DNA of 64,000 nt, taken from positions 32,001-96,000 of the IMG/VR virus record IMGVR_UViG_3300045988_169015; one strand, written 5' to 3'. Position numbers and translations under genes: made by a program. The notes under the pieces are model-generated. The model was not told where the DNA came from and made no database searches. It saw only the letters and a list, made by a program, of their open reading frames with translations. Shown here piece after piece: positions 1 through 9,429 of the stretch. The stretch's first letter is position 1, and each line of letters begins with the position of its first letter. This DNA is from a virus.

Positions 1-65
1 TAGCATACGGTCTGAAATATTCGTCAAAGCTGCCAATCACTACTTCGCCTGATTTCTGTGGTAGT

Positions 66-314
66 TTAATCATCGATATCCACCGTTACCTGTATATCAT
101 CGTAAAAATCCTTAATGATAGTTGACAGTTCCTCATGTTTTTCTGCAGGAACAAGCATCAGCACACGATTAAAAACATCTTTGAGTTTAAAAATTATAAC
201 AATCGTTGCGCAGCCTTCCCCTTGAATTCTGCCTTCTCTTAATCCGATAACGAAAGCGCCGATACATATTGCAACGGTTACTATACCAACAATAACATAA
301 GTCATTTCATTCAT
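66..314 (-). CDS. hypothetical small membrane protein
   Basis: 82-aa ORF with an N-terminal hydrophobic helix (VIVGIVTVAICIGAFVIGL). It overlaps the upstream ORF by 4 nt. Confidence 0.4.
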   Translation of the reverse strand: MNEMTYVIVGIVTVAICIGAFVIGLREGRIQGEGCATIVIIFKLKDVFNRVLMLVPAEKHEELSTIIKDFYDDIQVTVDIDD

Positions 315-508
315 CCTTTCAGATAATCAATATAGTGTTCAAGCTCCATTGGTTTTGGCGATTTCTTTTTTGTTTTCACCAATTTATTACCTTGAACTTC
401 ACATAAAAAATAAACATCTCTAAGGGCAGAAGATGTAATGGCATGAGTTTGCATGCCATTACATATATATACCGCCCAGATAATTTCTCCTTTGGGAGCT
501 ACGAGCAT
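311..508 (-). CDS. hypothetical protein
   Basis: 65-aa ORF in the minus-strand gene string, directly downstream of the promoter at 548-576. Confidence 0.35.
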   Translation of the reverse strand: MLVAPKGEIIWAVYICNGMQTHAITSSALRDVYFLCEVQGNKLVKTKKKSPKPMELEHYIDYLKG

Positions 509-547
509 ATGACATCAATCCTTTCCAATATTGCTTAACTTATTTAT

Positions 548-576
548 ATAATAGCATATTATATCCAATATGTCAA
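548..576 (-). promoter_or_regulatory. sigma70-type promoter with conserved core TTGACATATTGGATATAAT
   Basis: Minus strand reads TTGACA (571-576), a 17-nt spacer, then TATTAT (548-553). The same 19-nt core recurs at 11772-11800 and 63526-63554. Confidence 0.55.
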
Positions 577-594
577 GGGGATTTGGAAATTATT

Positions 595-1131
595 TTAGTC
601 ACAGAAAAGGACTACCTTGTTTTGCTTGAAGCTTTTTTGAATATCAATAACACGTTGATTGCTTGAACCGGCAAATGCTAACGATATATCTCTTTTATCT
701 TTTTCATATTTGCCGTCAACAAGAATATCACAACATCTAACAATATCAAAGGGAGATATGCTGTTCGTATTGGCTCTTTTGTTTTCTCTGTCATTATTTA
801 AAATCTCTTCCCAAGTATAACCTGTATAGAGCCAGATTTTTTTGTTTGGAAATTTTTCTTTAACCGTTTTAACAATTTGATAAACAGTTTCAAGATTTTG
901 TGATTCAAGAGGATGTCCCCCGGAAAGAGTTAATCGAGAGATGTATGGTTTATTGAGAGCGTCGAGGAGTTCCTGCATCGTATCTTCTGTAAATAATTGT
1001 CCTACATTGAAATCCCAAGTTTGAGGATTATGACAGCCGTGGCAGTGACAGTTGCACCCCGATACCCAGAGTACAACTCCTATGCCTGTGCCGTTAGCAG
1101 TATCACACTTACTGATTTTTATGTAATTCAT
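595..1131 (-). CDS. nrdG: anaerobic ribonucleotide reductase activating protein (radical SAM)
   Basis: Has the CxxxCxxC cluster motif (CNCHCHGCHNPQTW). It overlaps nrdD by 4 nt and has typical NrdG size (178 aa). Confidence 0.9.
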   Translation of the reverse strand: MNYIKISKCDTANGTGIGVVLWVSGCNCHCHGCHNPQTWDFNVGQLFTEDTMQELLDALNKPYISRLTLSGGHPLESQNLETVYQIVKTVKEKFPNKKIWLYTGYTWEEILNNDRENKRANTNSISPFDIVRCCDILVDGKYEKDKRDISLAFAGSSNQRVIDIQKSFKQNKVVLFCD

Positions 1132-3284
1132 TCGTCATCACCAAGATGTATAACTCTTTCCTTTATTTCTTGAGTTCTGCCTTGATTCCAAAAATTACTT
1201 CCTATATAACCGCAAGTACGACGTGCTACATTAAGTTTCTTTTCGTCTCTATTACCACAATTAGGGCATTCCCATACAAGTTTGCCTGTTTTCTTATCTT
1301 CAATAATCTGTATCTCGCCATCAAATCCGCACACCTGACAATAATCAGATTTTGTGTTAAGTTCAGCATACATTATATGGTCATAGATAAACTTGATCAC
1401 TTCGAGCACGGCTTCAATATTATTGCCCAAATTAGATGTCTCCACATAAGATATTGCCCCTCCTGTTGAAAGAGACTGAAATTCAGATTCTATAGAAAGC
1501 TTTGTGAAAGCATCAATAGGTTCTGTGACGTGTATATGATAACTATTGGTTATGTAATTCTTATCGGTAACACCATTTATAACACCAAAGCGCTTCTGGA
1601 GGCACTTTGCAAACTTATACGTAGTTGATTCTAAGGGCGTGCCATAAATTGAAAAGCCAAGATTAAGTTCTCTGTCCCATTCCTTGCACTTATCATTCAT
1701 ATGCTTCATTATGTTCTTACCAATATCCTGACCTATTTTTTCGGTAAGTTTATGACCAGTTAAAGCATAAACACATTCCCAAAGACCTGCATAACCAAGA
1801 GAAATGCTTGAATAACCACCTGTAAGGCATTTATCAATTACTTCTCCTTTTTTAAGTCTTGTTAATGCTCCATACTGCCAAAGAATAGGCGCAACATCTG
1901 ATGATGTACCTTTAAGCCTTTCATATCTACAAATTAAAGCTCTATGGCAAAGCTCCAGACGTTCATCAAATATCTTCCAAAATTCTGTCATTATATCATT
2001 TGGGCTATTCTTTTTTGCTGTAAGTGCAACATCAACAAGATTAATTGTTACGACACCTTTATTAAATCTGCCATAGAATTTATAGTTTCCGTTTTCATCT
2101 TTCCACGGTGAAAGGAAGCTTCTGCACCCCATACTTGTAAAGCAATGACCATCTTTAAGCTGCTTCATTACTTTTTCGCTAATGTAATCTGGAACAAGTC
2201 TTTTGGCGGTACACTTTGCAGCAAGTTTAGTAAGATACCAATATGGTGAATTCTCGTGGATATTGTCTTCTTCAAGAACATAAATAAGTTTTGGGAAAGC
2301 AGGTGTTATCCAAACACCAACTTCATTCTTAACTCCCTGATAACGCTGTTTAAGTACCTCTTCAATAATAAGTGCAAGATCGTGTTTTGTTTGCTTATCC
2401 TGTACTTCGTTAAGATACATAAATACGGTTACAAACGGCGACTGACCATTTGTTGTCATAAGTGTGACTATCTGATACTGAATTGTCTGAACACCACGTT
2501 TAATCTCGTCAAGGACACGGTTTTCAATAATTTCATCCGATACTGTTAATCCGTCATTTATGAACTGCTGTCGTATTTTCTTTCTTGAAATATCAACAAA
2601 AGGCGCAAGAGCCGATAAGGAAACGCTCTGTCCACCATACTGATTGCTTGCTACCTGAGCAATAATTTGTGTTGTAATGGTGCAAGCGGTTGCGAAACTG
2701 TGAGGTTTTTCAATCATTGTTTCACTTATAACAGTGCCGTTCTGGAGCATATCCTCCAGATTTACAAGGTCACAGTTGTGCATATGCTGAGCAAAATAAT
2801 CCGCATCATGGAAGTGGATTATGCCCTGCTCGTGAGCTTCGACGATATCGTTGGGAAGAAGCAATCTATCAGTCAGATCCTTGGATACCGTGCCTGCCAT
2901 ATAGTCTCTTTGTGTAGGCAAAAGTGTAGAATTTTTATTTGAATTCTCTTCTTTAATCTCTTCGTTTGTACAATCAATCAATGAGAGTATGGTGTTATCG
3001 GTATTATTCATTTTTCTTGCCAGCATTCTTTTATATCTGTATGTGATATATGCCTTGGCTACATCTTTACAACTATCCATGAGAATATTTTCAACGATAT
3101 CCTGTATCTGTTCGACAGATATTTTTTCGGTGGTAATATTACTGCATACTTTAGAACAATCACTTAAAGCATTATCAACATTGTCATTCGTTGGATTTAC
3201 TTCATTATAAGCTTTAAGGATTGCATTACAAATTTTGTCTTTATTAAATGGGACTTTATCCCCGTTTCTTTTTACAACTATCAT
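1128..3284 (-). CDS. nrdD: anaerobic ribonucleoside-triphosphate reductase (class III)
   Basis: 718 aa. Has an N-terminal ATP-cone-like start (VVKRNGDKVPFNKDKI), a C-terminal Zn ribbon (CQVCG...CPNCG) and the glycyl-radical motif RRTCGYIG. Confidence 0.95.
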   Translation of the reverse strand: MIVVKRNGDKVPFNKDKICNAILKAYNEVNPTNDNVDNALSDCSKVCSNITTEKISVEQIQDIVENILMDSCKDVAKAYITYRYKRMLARKMNNTDNTILSLIDCTNEEIKEENSNKNSTLLPTQRDYMAGTVSKDLTDRLLLPNDIVEAHEQGIIHFHDADYFAQHMHNCDLVNLEDMLQNGTVISETMIEKPHSFATACTITTQIIAQVASNQYGGQSVSLSALAPFVDISRKKIRQQFINDGLTVSDEIIENRVLDEIKRGVQTIQYQIVTLMTTNGQSPFVTVFMYLNEVQDKQTKHDLALIIEEVLKQRYQGVKNEVGVWITPAFPKLIYVLEEDNIHENSPYWYLTKLAAKCTAKRLVPDYISEKVMKQLKDGHCFTSMGCRSFLSPWKDENGNYKFYGRFNKGVVTINLVDVALTAKKNSPNDIMTEFWKIFDERLELCHRALICRYERLKGTSSDVAPILWQYGALTRLKKGEVIDKCLTGGYSSISLGYAGLWECVYALTGHKLTEKIGQDIGKNIMKHMNDKCKEWDRELNLGFSIYGTPLESTTYKFAKCLQKRFGVINGVTDKNYITNSYHIHVTEPIDAFTKLSIESEFQSLSTGGAISYVETSNLGNNIEAVLEVIKFIYDHIMYAELNTKSDYCQVCGFDGEIQIIEDKKTGKLVWECPNCGNRDEKKLNVARRTCGYIGSNFWNQGRTQEIKERVIHLGDDE

Positions 3285-3357
3285 TTAATCACCCTTTCTA
3301 ATACGTTTATAGTCCGAAGTAACAACAACATCTAAGGGGCTCGAATATGTACTCTCA

Positions 3358-3555
3358 TCAATCTCTCCCTACTTTAGGCAATACTTTCATTATACAATCT
3401 TGGCACAACTGTTCTCCATCTAATTCTCTGAGATCTTCTGGAAGCATTTCTTCTTCGCAGCGATCACAATACCAATGAGGAGAGCTATAATAAGGACAGC
3501 CAGAATATAAACATGGCAGTCCGCAGTCCACGCAATCATTTTCATATACTTTCAT
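3358..3555 (-). CDS. Cys-rich small protein (zinc-ribbon-like)
   Basis: 65 aa with several CxxC pairs (CVDCG, CDRC, CQDC). Confidence 0.5.
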   Translation of the reverse strand: MKVYENDCVDCGLPCLYSGCPYYSSPHWYCDRCEEEMLPEDLRELDGEQLCQDCIMKVLPKVGRD

Positions 3556-3561
3556 TAGCTA

Positions 3562-3774
3562 TCACCTCTTATACCTGATTATCTTACCATTTTCCATGGC
3601 TACATCTATATACTGAGGGTATTCGCCATCGTTCTTATATGAATTGAACTTATACGCCTTTATCGTAACAGGAAGATAATGACTGTCTTCGCAAACTTTA
3701 CACTCAGTTTCTGACTTATAAACTGTATTACAGATTTCGCACTGGAACTGGCTTAATATTTTCATTTTTATCAC
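3562..3774 (-). CDS. small zinc-ribbon protein
   Basis: 70 aa with CEICNTVY...CKVCE. Confidence 0.5.
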   Translation of the reverse strand: MIKMKILSQFQCEICNTVYKSETECKVCEDSHYLPVTIKAYKFNSYKNDGEYPQYIDVAMENGKIIRYKR

Positions 3775-3798
3775 CTTTCATTAAATACTGTATTTATG

Positions 3799-4146
3799 TT
3801 ATTTAATTTCTGCTTTTACATTTAAAAGTACACCCATACAGTCATCACCAAAATACTGTTTAATAAAGCTTTTATCAATAGGTGTAGTTGCTTCTACAGA
3901 AAAATTATGATTGTTTTCTGCTATACAAACTTTGTCATTATCGTTGAATTTTTTTAAAATTGCTTTAAGTTCGCCAACCGTTAAAGTTGTAAGATAACGC
4001 ATATATGAATTACAAGAAGGGCATATATCTTTAGTGGAGTATTGTTCTATATGTCCACAGTTGCTACATTCATACCAAGAACGGTTTGTATGTCCTCCAT
4101 CCCAATCACGTTCGCTTTCCCATCGATATTTCCAATATGGTTTCAT
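3799..4146 (-). CDS. hypothetical protein with zinc ribbon
   Basis: 115 aa with CSNCGH...CPSC. Confidence 0.5.
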   Translation of the reverse strand: MKPYWKYRWESERDWDGGHTNRSWYECSNCGHIEQYSTKDICPSCNSYMRYLTTLTVGELKAILKKFNDNDKVCIAENNHNFSVEATTPIDKSFIKQYFGDDCMGVLLNVKAEIK

Positions 4147-4189
4147 ATTAACATACCCTCCTTTTATTAAATTTTTTTGTTTTATTCCT

Positions 4190-4633
4190 TTACTTCACGC
4201 AGACCAATATTTCTACATCAGTATCGACAAAAACTTCTGCAATGATTGCTTTTACTTTAGACCACTCAAGTTTATCTAATCCGCAACCGATTCTTGGCAT
4301 TGCGAGTTTTACATTCTCATCATTCATTGTTCCCTCACAACACAAAAATTCAGCATCTTCAAGAGCCATTCTCATTGTTTCGTAAGTGGGCTTTTGCCAA
4401 TACTTTTCCTTAGTAACAAGATTAAGTTCTGCTCTCCAACCTGTTGTATTAGATACTAAGCAGTCCCCTACTTCTATATTTTGATAATTTCTTTGAAGTT
4501 GTGCTTTTACTCCTCGCTTTGCAAACTCCTTAGCTATTCCTGCACCCATTGCAAGGTCTGTGCTAATACAGTGAACAAGAATATGACCCGTTGGAACTGT
4601 AAATAAGTCTCGCTGTTCTTCTCTGAAAGTCAT
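4190..4633 (-). CDS. macrodomain protein (ADP-ribose binding/hydrolase, TARG1/OARD1-like)
   Basis: 147 aa. Contains HCISTDLAMGAGIAKEF and MPRIGCGLDKL, which resemble the macro-fold signature. Confidence 0.8.
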   Translation of the reverse strand: MTFREEQRDLFTVPTGHILVHCISTDLAMGAGIAKEFAKRGVKAQLQRNYQNIEVGDCLVSNTTGWRAELNLVTKEKYWQKPTYETMRMALEDAEFLCCEGTMNDENVKLAMPRIGCGLDKLEWSKVKAIIAEVFVDTDVEILVCVK

Positions 4634-4816
4634 TTATGTATTACACTCCTTTTCGAGCCACTCTTTGAAGCAAATGGCACAATTATTATTGACATTAGGA
4701 TATTTGCATTCAGATCTTAATATCATACATTCTTCTGAATACGCACTATTTACTTTCATAAGAAATATTGCAAGCTCATCAGAAGTCATATTCTTTATAT
4801 GTTCAAGGTTTGTCAT
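4634..4816 (-). CDS. hypothetical protein
   Basis: ORF trimmed to the ATG at 4816 (MTNLEH...), which is preceded by GAGAGGTG. Confidence 0.45.
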   Translation of the reverse strand: MTNLEHIKNMTSDELAIFLMKVNSAYSEECMILRSECKYPNVNNNCAICFKEWLEKECNT

Positions 4817-4840
4817 TACATCACCTCTCAATAAAAATGT

Positions 4841-5053
4841 TTATTTGCTTGATAGAAATTTTCGATTTGCATCAAAATATCTTGCTCTGAGATGTTCTGT
4901 ATAGCATCTTTGGCAGCCTTCTTCTGATATTGTCTTATCTCCCTTAGTAGTCGTATTGCAATACCACGGACAAGCCGAACCGTAGCAATCACAAAATTCT
5001 GTCTTGGAAATACCGTCAGTAGTTTCCGTTATTGTTCTATATGGACACTTCAT
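4841..5053 (-). CDS. Cys-rich small protein
   Basis: 70 aa with 8 Cys. Confidence 0.45.
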   Translation of the reverse strand: MKCPYRTITETTDGISKTEFCDCYGSACPWYCNTTTKGDKTISEEGCQRCYTEHLRARYFDANRKFLSSK

Positions 5054-5068
5054 AAATTATCCCCCCAT

Positions 5069-5404
5069 TTATATCTTTTCTTTTTCAAGAGCTTTCTCGG
5101 CTTCTTCTCGGGTAAAGAATATAGTTTTACCAATGTCATCATCGACGAAACCGGAAGACACAGGGAACTCATCGAAGCTGCAATAATAAGCATTATAGCC
5201 ATTAGTGATTTTTATAGATGTGACATGTCCCTCATGAGGAATTCCGTCAACGAATTGATCATCTGTCCAAATGGACTGATTTACTTTAGCACGAGGGAAA
5301 ATAACGCCGTTTTCAAGCAGAAAATCTGCTAATCTCTCAGAAAACTGTTCGTCTATATATCCACAGCTCTTAAGTAACTCATTTAATCTTTCACGTTCTG
5401 TCAT
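5069..5404 (-). CDS. hypothetical protein
   Basis: Start moved to the ATG at 5404 (MTERERL...), which lies behind AAGGAG. Confidence 0.5.
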   Translation of the reverse strand: MTERERLNELLKSCGYIDEQFSERLADFLLENGVIFPRAKVNQSIWTDDQFVDGIPHEGHVTSIKITNGYNAYYCSFDEFPVSSGFVDDDIGKTIFFTREEAEKALEKEKI

Positions 5405-5451
5405 CTTTATGCACTCCTTTAATTTCATAATAAAAGCAATTTTTCATCATA

Positions 5452-5817
5452 TTACTCAATTCCATATTCTTTGAAAAACTCTGGTATATCCAACCATTCA
5501 TCTTTCATAAGATTGCCTATCTTTGTAATAGACCCGCCTAAACCATTCGAAACTACTCTTATGTACTTGTTTTTGCAATCTTCCCACTTACTTACACCAA
5601 CTACTTTCATAATTCGAGTAAGTAAATCCATACTATAAGCACAACACTGACGTTTCTTTGTGTTCTTATTATATTCATCTAAAGCGTATCCACCTATGAC
5701 ACAAGTTGTTCCATCGGAAATGTCAACTGAGATACCAAACGTAAGAATGCCGTGGTCTTCGTAATAGATTGATACATTTTTAATTTGTGCATTAAGAATT
5801 TCTGGTATGTTATTCAT
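5452..5817 (-). CDS. hypothetical protein
   Basis: 121-aa ORF in the gene string. Confidence 0.5.
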   Translation of the reverse strand: MNNIPEILNAQIKNVSIYYEDHGILTFGISVDISDGTTCVIGGYALDEYNKNTKKRQCCAYSMDLLTRIMKVVGVSKWEDCKNKYIRVVSNGLGGSITKIGNLMKDEWLDIPEFFKEYGIE

Positions 5818-5819
5818 TT

Positions 5820-6020
5820 TTATTCTCCTTGTCTGTTACTCGACGAATTTTCATCGTATTCATAATAGTTGCATTCCAACACCTCATTGGCGGTATAAAA
5901 GTTCTTCATGACCTCAACGCCCTCAATCGAGGCTTTATGCTGGCATATGAGACCGAAAGTATTATCGTACTCACGATTTATGCAGTTATAACAACCTTGT
6001 TTGCCTTTGTTAACGATCAT
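5820..6020 (-). CDS. hypothetical small protein
   Basis: 66-aa ORF, tightly packed between neighbours. Confidence 0.4.
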   Translation of the reverse strand: MIVNKGKQGCYNCINREYDNTFGLICQHKASIEGVEVMKNFYTANEVLECNYYEYDENSSSNRQGE

Positions 6021-6081
6021 TGTGCTCCTCCTTATTGGTCATATGTGTTGCTCCTTAATTTATCTTTGAAGCGGTTGCTCT

Positions 6082-6627
6082 TTAATTATTTCTCAAATAT
6101 TCCAATACTTCATTTACGATATCATCATAATCTTTGATATCGCCACTGCGAACAGTGTATGGGATATTCCAAGAATTCAATTTTTCCATCAATGGAGCTA
6201 CAAGAGCGTCGCTTTCTTCCTCGGTCTGAAGCCTGCCTTTAGGATTATAGGGCTTTACTCTCTTTAACAGATATGTTTTGTTATTAAATGAAGAGAAGCA
6301 ATTATATACGGTTTTGTCAAACTCTTTACCAAGAATTTTGCTTGAATTGTAAAATGAAGACAATAGCAAAGGAGAGTCAGTTACAATTACATCGACCTTA
6401 TCTTTACAGCGGTTCATTTTATAAAATTGTTTGCCGAATATATAAATCTGATTATCGGGTTGAAATATGGTTGGGTTTTCTTCCCACACCTTGTCTTTGG
6501 CAAATTCTGTAATCAGTTCAGCGTTTATGCCAGCCATCTTGAGTTGACTGAAAATATAAGCTGCTCCAGTGCTTTTGCCTGCGCCGGGAACGCCGAATAG
6601 ATTAACTACTAAGCAATTCGTATCCAT
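6082..6627 (-). CDS. P-loop NTPase / small-molecule kinase-like protein
   Basis: Walker A motif GVPGAGKST near the N-terminus. At 181 aa it has the kinase-like size of NadR/AAA_28 proteins, but the substrate is unknown. Confidence 0.7.
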   Translation of the reverse strand: MDTNCLVVNLFGVPGAGKSTGAAYIFSQLKMAGINAELITEFAKDKVWEENPTIFQPDNQIYIFGKQFYKMNRCKDKVDVIVTDSPLLLSSFYNSSKILGKEFDKTVYNCFSSFNNKTYLLKRVKPYNPKGRLQTEEESDALVAPLMEKLNSWNIPYTVRSGDIKDYDDIVNEVLEYLRNN

Positions 6628-6698
6628 ATATGTCCTCCTTTGTAATGCGAGATTTACTTCTCATATACTTCACCATGAGTGACTTCAGTTTATTAAAT

Positions 6699-7007
6699 TT
6701 ACTGACCGCATATTTCTTTGGTCAACTTGTAGTAAAAGCCGCAGTTATTGCGTACTGCTTTTGCAAGCTCATATTCAAATGCCTTAGAATCCTCGATTCG
6801 GCAACTTATCATTTCCTGCAGAACGCTATGCCCTGTTATTTCTTTATGGTATCCGTCGTAATTGTCAGTGCCTATGTACTCTTTGAAATGACCGTATGGT
6901 GAATGACGCTTCAATGATGGAGCCGCAAGTTGATAATACCTATGGCGCATTTGATATGCGAGAGGGTCTGTGTAAACGAGGTAATAATTACGCTTTCGCC
7001 AGTCCAT
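6699..7007 (-). CDS. hypothetical protein
   Basis: 102-aa ORF. Confidence 0.45.
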   Translation of the reverse strand: MDWRKRNYYLVYTDPLAYQMRHRYYQLAAPSLKRHSPYGHFKEYIGTDNYDGYHKEITGHSVLQEMISCRIEDSKAFEYELAKAVRNNCGFYYKLTKEICGQ

Positions 7008-7026
7008 TTTTAATCATCTCCTTTAC

Positions 7027-7734
7027 TCAGTTCTTATTCTCCCCTGATATTATCTTTACTTTATAACCCAGCTTTTCTTCAACTTCAGCCAATGTCATTT
7101 CCTTGATAGGTTCCTTGATGACCTTGACCACTATAGCCCCCTGTTGATTTTTATTGGTAAGCTTTATATATTTTGGCGTGCCAAGATGTAAGAAGGTTGT
7201 TCCGACAGTATCCATACTGGTTTTGGGCTCTGGAATACTGGTAGACCATTCGGGGTAAGTATCAAAATTAGGAAGCTCGTTCGTTTTTACGGGGCATGAG
7301 GTCTTTGGAATTTCAACCAGCCATTCCTGCCCGTTCTCAGCTTTACATCTATATAGATATCGAGTAAATTTACCTCCAAGATCCTCATAGAGTTCCATAG
7401 CCTCAAGATCAACTTTACTAAGCTTCAAGCTTTCCAGATTGCGAGGATTAAGAAGCTTTTTAATCACTTCGGGTTCAAACATTATGTTTTCTCCTTTCAA
7501 TTTATAATAAATTGTACAAGATGATATGTCAAATCCACGTACAGGACAATCCGTACAATATTCCTTCATTGCTACATTATAGTCGTAAGAGCTGTGTGGG
7601 ATAAAGCCGCTACATTTACCAGTAATAGGGTTAATGCCCGGATCATAATCACCATAAAAGGGACAGGCATGTGGATCATGGATAAAAGATCTTGTTTCCC
7701 ACATTTGTTGCTCAGACTCGTGCATTTTCATCAT
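7027..7734 (-). CDS. hypothetical protein
   Basis: 235-aa ORF with a Cys/His-rich N-terminal third. Confidence 0.5.
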   Translation of the reverse strand: MMKMHESEQQMWETRSFIHDPHACPFYGDYDPGINPITGKCSGFIPHSSYDYNVAMKEYCTDCPVRGFDISSCTIYYKLKGENIMFEPEVIKKLLNPRNLESLKLSKVDLEAMELYEDLGGKFTRYLYRCKAENGQEWLVEIPKTSCPVKTNELPNFDTYPEWSTSIPEPKTSMDTVGTTFLHLGTPKYIKLTNKNQQGAIVVKVIKEPIKEMTLAEVEEKLGYKVKIISGENKN

Positions 7735-7951
7735 ACTCCTCTATCAGCTCAAAACGGTATTTCTGCTTTGCATCAGGGTATTTCTCACGGTCTACCTCTG
7801 ACAAAAACATTTCATGCGGTCGGGCATATATGCCGTCTTTGTGGTTTCCGCTGTTTTCTGTGCCTTTGCACTCATAAACCACAAGCTGTTCGCCTGTTTC
7901 GGTATGTGTAGCAAGAGTGATTATCCTTGCTGTAAAGCCTTTCCTTCGAGA
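7712..7951 (-). CDS. DUF1653-like reading frame without a canonical start; possible -1 frameshift extension of the upstream kinase/phosphatase
   Basis: Stop-to-stop frame of 80 codons reads ...KGFTARIITLATHTETGEQLVVYE...GIYARPHEMF...YRFELI, which matches the DUF1653 pattern. There is no ATG/GTG/TTG upstream of the domain. The frame is -1 relative to the last 9 codons of 7921-9042. Confidence 0.35.
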   Translation of the reverse strand, partial: SRRKGFTARIITLATHTETGEQLVVYECKGTENSGNHKDGIYARPHEMFLSEVDREKYPDAKQKYRFELIEEYDENARV

Positions 7952-9042
7952 TTAAATACTCTGTCATTGACCTGCACAGGAATCGACTTCGTGTTCCTAT
8001 GTCCGTGAATCTGATATGTATTTTCGGGTGTAGTTCTTATAAAGGTGTCAGCGATAGTCTCAAAATCATTATACGAACCAACGCCGTGAATCATCTGATC
8101 AGTTGCAACAAATGTGAGATTGTCGGGGATTGTGCTGAGGCCGGCGTGAGTTACAATGAACTGATTACCGTTATATGTATAATAAGCGCACTGACCAAAT
8201 TTGCGGTAAAGCATTCTGAGGTCTTTTTTGCTGATCTTGGCAGCATCAAGCTGAGGGCGGGTAACAAGTTCAAATTCCTTGGATTTGCCACGGACATCAT
8301 TGGCATAAAGCCACAGCCATCTCTCATGATTTCCCTCAAGCATAAAGACGTTCTTTTTATCTTTGATAGAGATAAGGAAGTTAAGCACCTCGGCGTTCTC
8401 AATTCCCCTATCGATATAATCACCGAGGAATATGTAGAACTCGTCGTCTTTAAGTCCGCCGTTGAAGTCAAAATAATACTGAAGTGCAGAATAGCAACCG
8501 TGAATGTCTCCAATATGGTGGATTTTCTTATATTCAGACAAATCAATGCTCTTGAACCAGATCTTATCCAGTTCGTCAGGCTTTATTACTTTAATACCTG
8601 CAGGAATCTTTTGTGTAGCAAACCTTGAGTACATTTTATCAATGACCTCATCGGGGACTCTTTTGACCCCGGGTCTGCCCGCATTTCTTCTTTTGACCTC
8701 TTCAATAGGAATATCAGTGAAATCAACACAGTAAATCCTATAACGATATGTTTCACACATATCCTTGTATCTGTTCATTTCTGCTGTCTTGGAATTGGTG
8801 GCGTCAATAACGGTAAATTCACCCTTCTGCATACGATATCCAAGCAAATTAAACAAAGTATTCCATACAGCTTTATCGTTGCTCTGGCTAATACCGTAAG
8901 AACCATCGGGCTGCATTATTGGGCTCTGGTGCATAAGTCTGATATCATCAGGCGAAAGCGCATACGGCTTCAATCCGTTCTGCTCGATCCATGTTGATTT
9001 CCCGCAGCCTGCGGAACCCCTTAAAAGCAATAATACTCTCAT
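7921..9042 (-). CDS. bifunctional polynucleotide kinase / metallophosphatase (Pnkp-like)
   Basis: N-terminal P-loop (GSAGCGKST). C-terminal calcineurin-like motifs GDIHGC, GDYIDRG, GNHE and HGH. Confidence 0.8.
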   Translation of the reverse strand: MRVLLLLRGSAGCGKSTWIEQNGLKPYALSPDDIRLMHQSPIMQPDGSYGISQSNDKAVWNTLFNLLGYRMQKGEFTVIDATNSKTAEMNRYKDMCETYRYRIYCVDFTDIPIEEVKRRNAGRPGVKRVPDEVIDKMYSRFATQKIPAGIKVIKPDELDKIWFKSIDLSEYKKIHHIGDIHGCYSALQYYFDFNGGLKDDEFYIFLGDYIDRGIENAEVLNFLISIKDKKNVFMLEGNHERWLWLYANDVRGKSKEFELVTRPQLDAAKISKKDLRMLYRKFGQCAYYTYNGNQFIVTHAGLSTIPDNLTFVATDQMIHGVGSYNDFETIADTFIRTTPENTYQIHGHRNTKSIPVQVNDRVFNLEGKALQQG

Positions 9043-9054
9043 TATAGTTCTCCT

Positions 9055-9429
9055 TTAATCATTTGTAATTTCGTCGTATTTTCCTTCTATTATGTCGTTC
9101 ATTATTTCTGTAAGCTGCCTGAACTCCTTAGCTCCGCCTACACACGCCCCTGAACATAACTTAAGCTCATATGACCACATGTTTTTTTCTGCAAGTCTAA
9201 TCGGAAATCCCTCATAAATGACAGTACCTATTCTATAAATCTCACCGGTCGCCTCATTTATGGCATTGTCGGTGAGTATACGTAAATATTCTGAATTATA
9301 ATATCTTTTATTGGGAACGTCTTTTAGGGAGTAATAGACCTGAGTAAATTTATTTACAAGAAAAATTACTCCCGTATGAATACGATAGACATCCTGATAT
9401 ACACTTGAATAGATTTTATCAGCAGTCAT
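9055..9429 (-). CDS. hypothetical protein
   Basis: 124-aa ORF. Confidence 0.45.
   Translation of the reverse strand: MTADKIYSSVYQDVYRIHTGVIFLVNKFTQVYYSLKDVPNKRYYNSEYLRILTDNAINEATGEIYRIGTVIYEGFPIRLAEKNMWSYELKLCSGACVGGAKEFRQLTEIMNDIIEGKYDEITND

Noticed and set aside
7999-8628. 209-aa plus-strand ORF (and similar ones at 13255-13758, 24985-25470, 28530-28988 and 50498-50932)
   Set aside because: All lie antisense within minus-strand genes that carry strong family motifs. None has its own RBS or promoter context.
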